Below, piece after piece: positions 60,108 to 64,000 of a stretch of 64,000 nt of DNA (position 1 is its first letter; each line of letters opens with the position of its first letter). A model generated the notes under the pieces. It was not told the origin of the DNA, ran no database searches, and worked only from the letters and a program-made list of their open reading frames with translations. The stretch comes from Balanoglossus misakiensis. Taxonomy: Eukaryota > Animalia > Hemichordata. The stretch spans positions 496,001 through 560,000 of the forward strand of contig CM082590.2 of assembly GCA_040954595.2 (NCBI GenBank), in the 5' to 3' direction. The translations under genes and the position numbers were made by a program.

Positions 60108-60409
60108 GCTGGAGAGCTGAAAATAACTTTCCAGAAATTATTTACACAAGTGGTAGGAGAGTGACTAACTGCTCCCCTGGCAAGGAGATTGAAATGAATA
60201 AAATAAATGCAACTTCAAAAACAATACTGTCTTTCTTTAATACTATACCTGGTAAAAAATTTCGTTTGATTTTAAAAGTTTCAGTTTAGCTGCCAAAATA
60301 TTAGATTGTGAAACCATTAATAGTGGAATAAATTGAAGTGGTATATTTCTCTGTGGCTAGGCACATTATTCAAATAAACAGTCTCTATACATATTGAATG
60401 ACTTTCCTT

Positions 60410-61734
60410 CTGAAGTATGAAAACGAGGTCTTGGAAAACTGATACATTTCTTGATAATCGCTGCGCCATGGCATGAACACAGTTCTTTTAATTTGCATAA
60501 AATTGTTACGTTCTGCCAACCCAATTACAAAGGTCGCCATAACAACAAGTTCACTTGAATGTGTGCTCTAAATTTAGATGGTGTCCAGATAGAACTCTTT
60601 GGCTGTTCTAATAATTGCTCACTATAGCCCTGGAGCTAAATTACACGTAATTGAATGTGAAAGTCATCTACAATATAGTTTTGGGGGTGGGAAGTTAAAA
60701 TGTATAGGCCAGCACGCAGTAATATCGGCCGTTATCCCAGTGTTTTGACTGACGGTGCATGCTACGGAGGCTTAGACGCGCATGTACTGGCCGGGTGGGC
60801 TGCTCAAGAAGGGGCGATTGTCGCCCCCTGAACTTGTTACAAGGGGCGATTCAAGTGTAAAAGAGGGGGAATCGCGCAATCGCGTGTCCTAGAGAAAACA
60901 CTGAATCAAGCGAGCCAGAAAATCACAGAGAACGAACTTGGTACTAATCTGTGCACAACTAAATGTCTGGTTTCCAATAATATCGAAAATATTCTACGTA
61001 AATGCTTCAAAGAAAGTGGTCACCCAGACGCATTGAAACGTACATATGTCTACTCGAGGCTGCCCGGAAGTCCTTTGCGCGTGACCATCACCACCTGACC
61101 AGTACTTTTCTCGATCGATCATCGCGATCGCATCGGCTGATGCGATGTTCACTTTCATGTTCATTTTTAACTGAAAATTAGGCTTCAAAAATACAAAATT
61201 GTTCGTAAATTCCTGATCATTTGATCATCGGGCGACATAGAGATTTTCTACCGAAAATCGGGCTTCAAAAATAAAAAAGTTGTTCGTAAATTCCCGATCA
61301 GACGTCTATTTATTTTCGTAAATTTCCATTTTTGTTCGTAATTTACGAGCGTTACGAGCGACAGCGAGAGCACAGCATGTGTATGTATAATGAAAATCCG
61401 TAATAAAATATAGGGGTCAGCGCGCATGTTTTTGAAACACAGAGCCATGAATTTAGTCGATAATAGAAGAAAACTACTGACTCAGCATTTTTCACCAATG
61501 GTTTGTCTATGGGCAAATATTTTAACAAAATTTATCTCAAAATAGAGACAGGTGACCACACGATTTTATTTGACCAATGGATTTATATTTACTGGACTGA
61601 GCTATGCGTAAAATTTTGTGAAAATAACAATTGGGTTTGTTTTCTAGCTATTCTCAATGTAATCCTAACAATGTAAACATATGGGAAAAAGACGAATGTG
61701 TGCAGTTTTCGGTTGATGTTCTGCAGGTACATCC
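60410..61734. mobile_element. Kolobok-like non-autonomous element; left boundary approximate
   Basis: Ends TACATCC|TTAA. 61270-61734 matches 46080-46521. Confidence 0.5.
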
Positions 61735-62398
61735 TTAACAGCATGCTAAAATACCCAGTACTCTGCTTGTCAACATTATGTATATGAGTGTAACAATAAT
61801 TGTTATTGCTGATAAATGAATTCTAGTCCGAACTTTTGCACATTAACAATGCAGACCGCGTAGGGTCATTGTGCCTGTCGCTTTATTATCACATAAAAGG
61901 AAAGATTTGTTGAACTTTGCCATAGATGGCGCAGTGGCACCCGGATGCTGGCATGTATAAACTGGGGAATTGTGGGTAGGATGTGTCGGGGCTGTTAGGA
62001 CGTGGCTGTCCGGAGCGCGGACGGGCCGCCGAGCGAGTAACAGGCCATGAACTACCACCAGAAAGCCATTTCAGAGTCACTGTATGACAATTCAGCATCC
62101 GCTGCCTCCCTCCGAGTAGTTTTGTAGAGACCGATTGAGTGGTGAGCATTAAAGACCGTTGTTGTTTTCCTCATGAGCCAGTGTCGTCTCAGACTGTCTG
62201 TTCGTTCTGTATAGAAAATCCTGATCGAACAAGCAAAACTGTAACAATATGTTGTGTGACTATTGCTAGACACTGGGCATTTCACCATGCTTTACAGATG
62301 TGAACAAGAAATTGCAGTAGATACACAAAACAAAATGCTGAAAACCTAGTAAAAAGTGCAACTAATGGAACTTTTATGAGTGAGTGAAATGGCAATAC

Positions 62399-62534
62399 CT
62401 TCTTTGACAAGATGTTCATTGTACAAGCTTGTTAAGACATTAGCTGTAGCTCTGCCATGCGCCAGGAATATGCCAGTAATTTTGGCCAGCTTGCTTCTCT
62501 CATCTTTACTGTAACCTTTCAAGTATAACAAGAT
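62399..62534 (-). CDS. BZW: BZW exon: ILLYLKGYSKDERSKLAKITGIFLAHGRATANVLTSLYNEHLVKE(G)
   Basis: 136 nt, CAG acceptor and GTATTG donor, phase 0 to 1. Homologous to LLLFLKGF...LYNENLVKEG of BZW1. Confidence 0.95.
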
Positions 62535-62775
62535 CTGCATGATAGAACAGACAGGCAGAGTTAGCAAGACATTTGTTATTGGTTGGCAGTTCAGTTGATA
62601 CGTGTACATACGGTAATATTTGTTCAGACTTCAAAACGTGTCTGTATGCTGTCATGTTGCTGTAGTTAAAATTGCAGTACTTCTGTGCATTATAAAGTTA
62701 CTTGTGTATAAAGGTCACCTCTAGGTCATGCATTATTTTTAGCTAGCAGGTCTTGCTCCATACAATTTGCATATC

Positions 62776-63597
62776 TCCAGTGGCTTAAGATGGGGCACCC
62801 TTATGTTTTTGCCCGTTGCTATGGGCCTTTATAGGACACTACACTCAATTTTGAACGACACCGCTATGAACGTCCAACAAGGGGCTTGCAAATAGTTGAA
62901 AATACGCACGATTGTGTGCACACCCCCTGTCCGAGTAAAGTTACGGCAGCTACCGCCCGGCCATAGGCCTCCACGCTAATACGGCAAAGCAGCGGTCAGC
63001 CAAAGCGTGCGCGTCCTGTAACCAAAGTAACTGGATCGAACGCTAAAAATCCAATGTTTTTGTACACAGGGATTTTGTACCGTTCACAAAAATCCCTAAG
63101 GCTTTTTTCATAGGCCATGTACACCAGTCAAATTTGACCTGTTGACAGAGAACACACTTCCGCATAGCGTGAAGGATCGTTTTAATGGTTATCGTCACGC
63201 TAAGAAGCGATACCGATGGAAGAGTGCGTCCAAAAACGCCCAAAATCGGTGACCTTTTCAGGGGTTGTACGCTGAAATGCTGAAATCGACAGATACAACG
63301 ACCATATTCGAAAACAAAATCCTTCACGATCTTCTCTGGTTCGAGCAACTAATGAATACGTATCAAGTTCGTTTTTGAGGTCACGGAATAAAAAGCCTTG
63401 CTTTTGAAATTTGACCTATCTTATTTGCATAACAATGGCGTCAGGGGGCACGCGCTCACAATCATGCAGATTTTCAACTAGTTACCAGCCCCTTGTTAGA
63501 CTCTGAACACGGTTTAGTTCAAATCGGGGTGTAATGTCCCAAAACGACCCATAGCAACGGGGAAAAAGATACGGGTGCCCCATCTTAAGTCACTGGG
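62776..63597. mobile_element. MITE with CCAGTG(G/A)CTTAAGATGGGGCACCC TIRs (possibly EnSpm-like)
   Basis: ~24-bp TIR pair with one mismatch; TSD unclear. Confidence 0.7.
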
Positions 63598-63896
63598 TAC
63601 TGGTGTATGTGTCTGTCATTATCTTTGTATAATTATGGTCAGAAATGTGTGAAATACACAGGATTTTGCATTAAAAGAAGCTTTGTGTATGGATTGATTT
63701 TCTACATTTACCCGCATGTTTCCTCCTGAGAGAGTGTGCTTTAGACCTAGCGTTCTCGCCCCCCCCCCCCCCCCCAGGAATTTCTCATACAGTACTGTCT
63801 ATTTTTTATGACAATAAAATCAATTTTTATGATAATATGTTTCTTCTCCTGAATAAATGAGTATTACAACAGTCAGAAATAAAGATGCTATCTTAC

Positions 63897-63962
63897 CTTC
63901 TTCAGCTCTTCTTCAAAGGCCTTTTCCAAATACTTGTATCGTCTGATGAGGAAGTTGAACAC
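63897..63962 (-). CDS. BZW: BZW/5MP (eIF5-mimic protein) coding exon, first one in window: VFNFLIRRYKYLEKAFEEELKK
   Basis: 66 nt between AG and GTAAG. Matches the conserved BZW1/2 motif VFNKLIRRYKYLEK. Upstream exons are outside the window. Confidence 0.95.
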
Positions 63963-64000
63963 CTATACATAAAATAACATCAATGTGCGACATTAGTTGA

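Noticed and set aside
26373-63896. Intronic snoRNAs in a translation-factor gene
   Set aside because: I saw no convincing C/D or H/ACA arrangement by eye; a covariance-model (Rfam) scan would be needed.

Overview
Repeat-dense eukaryotic (animal, probably marine invertebrate) DNA. The only host gene I can support is the 3' portion of a BZW/5MP (eIF5-mimic, W2-domain) gene on the minus strand: 11 coding exons from 63962 to 26350, all with GT-AG introns and compatible phases. Its 5' exons lie beyond the right edge of the window. Most of the remainder is transposable elements. These include an apparently intact DIRS1-type tyrosine-recombinase retrotransposon in a BZW intron, a young Gypsy element with identical 112-bp LTRs inside a five-level nest, and degraded Gypsy, DIRS, hAT and pogo elements. 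There are also many non-autonomous elements (Harbinger-, MULE/AcademH-, Tc1-, piggyBac-, Kolobok- and Helentron-like), a tRNA-derived SINE and a LINE 3' end. The most unusual signals are three unrelated long palindromes whose mismatches become tandem G.A (CGAG/CGAG) pairs on one strand only, a single CAA-TGA-C stop separating in-frame DIRS gag and YR ORFs, and tandem units carrying AGGTCA DR1+DR4 motifs. All coordinates were read by eye. Superfamily assignments of non-coding elements rest on TIR/TSD signatures only.
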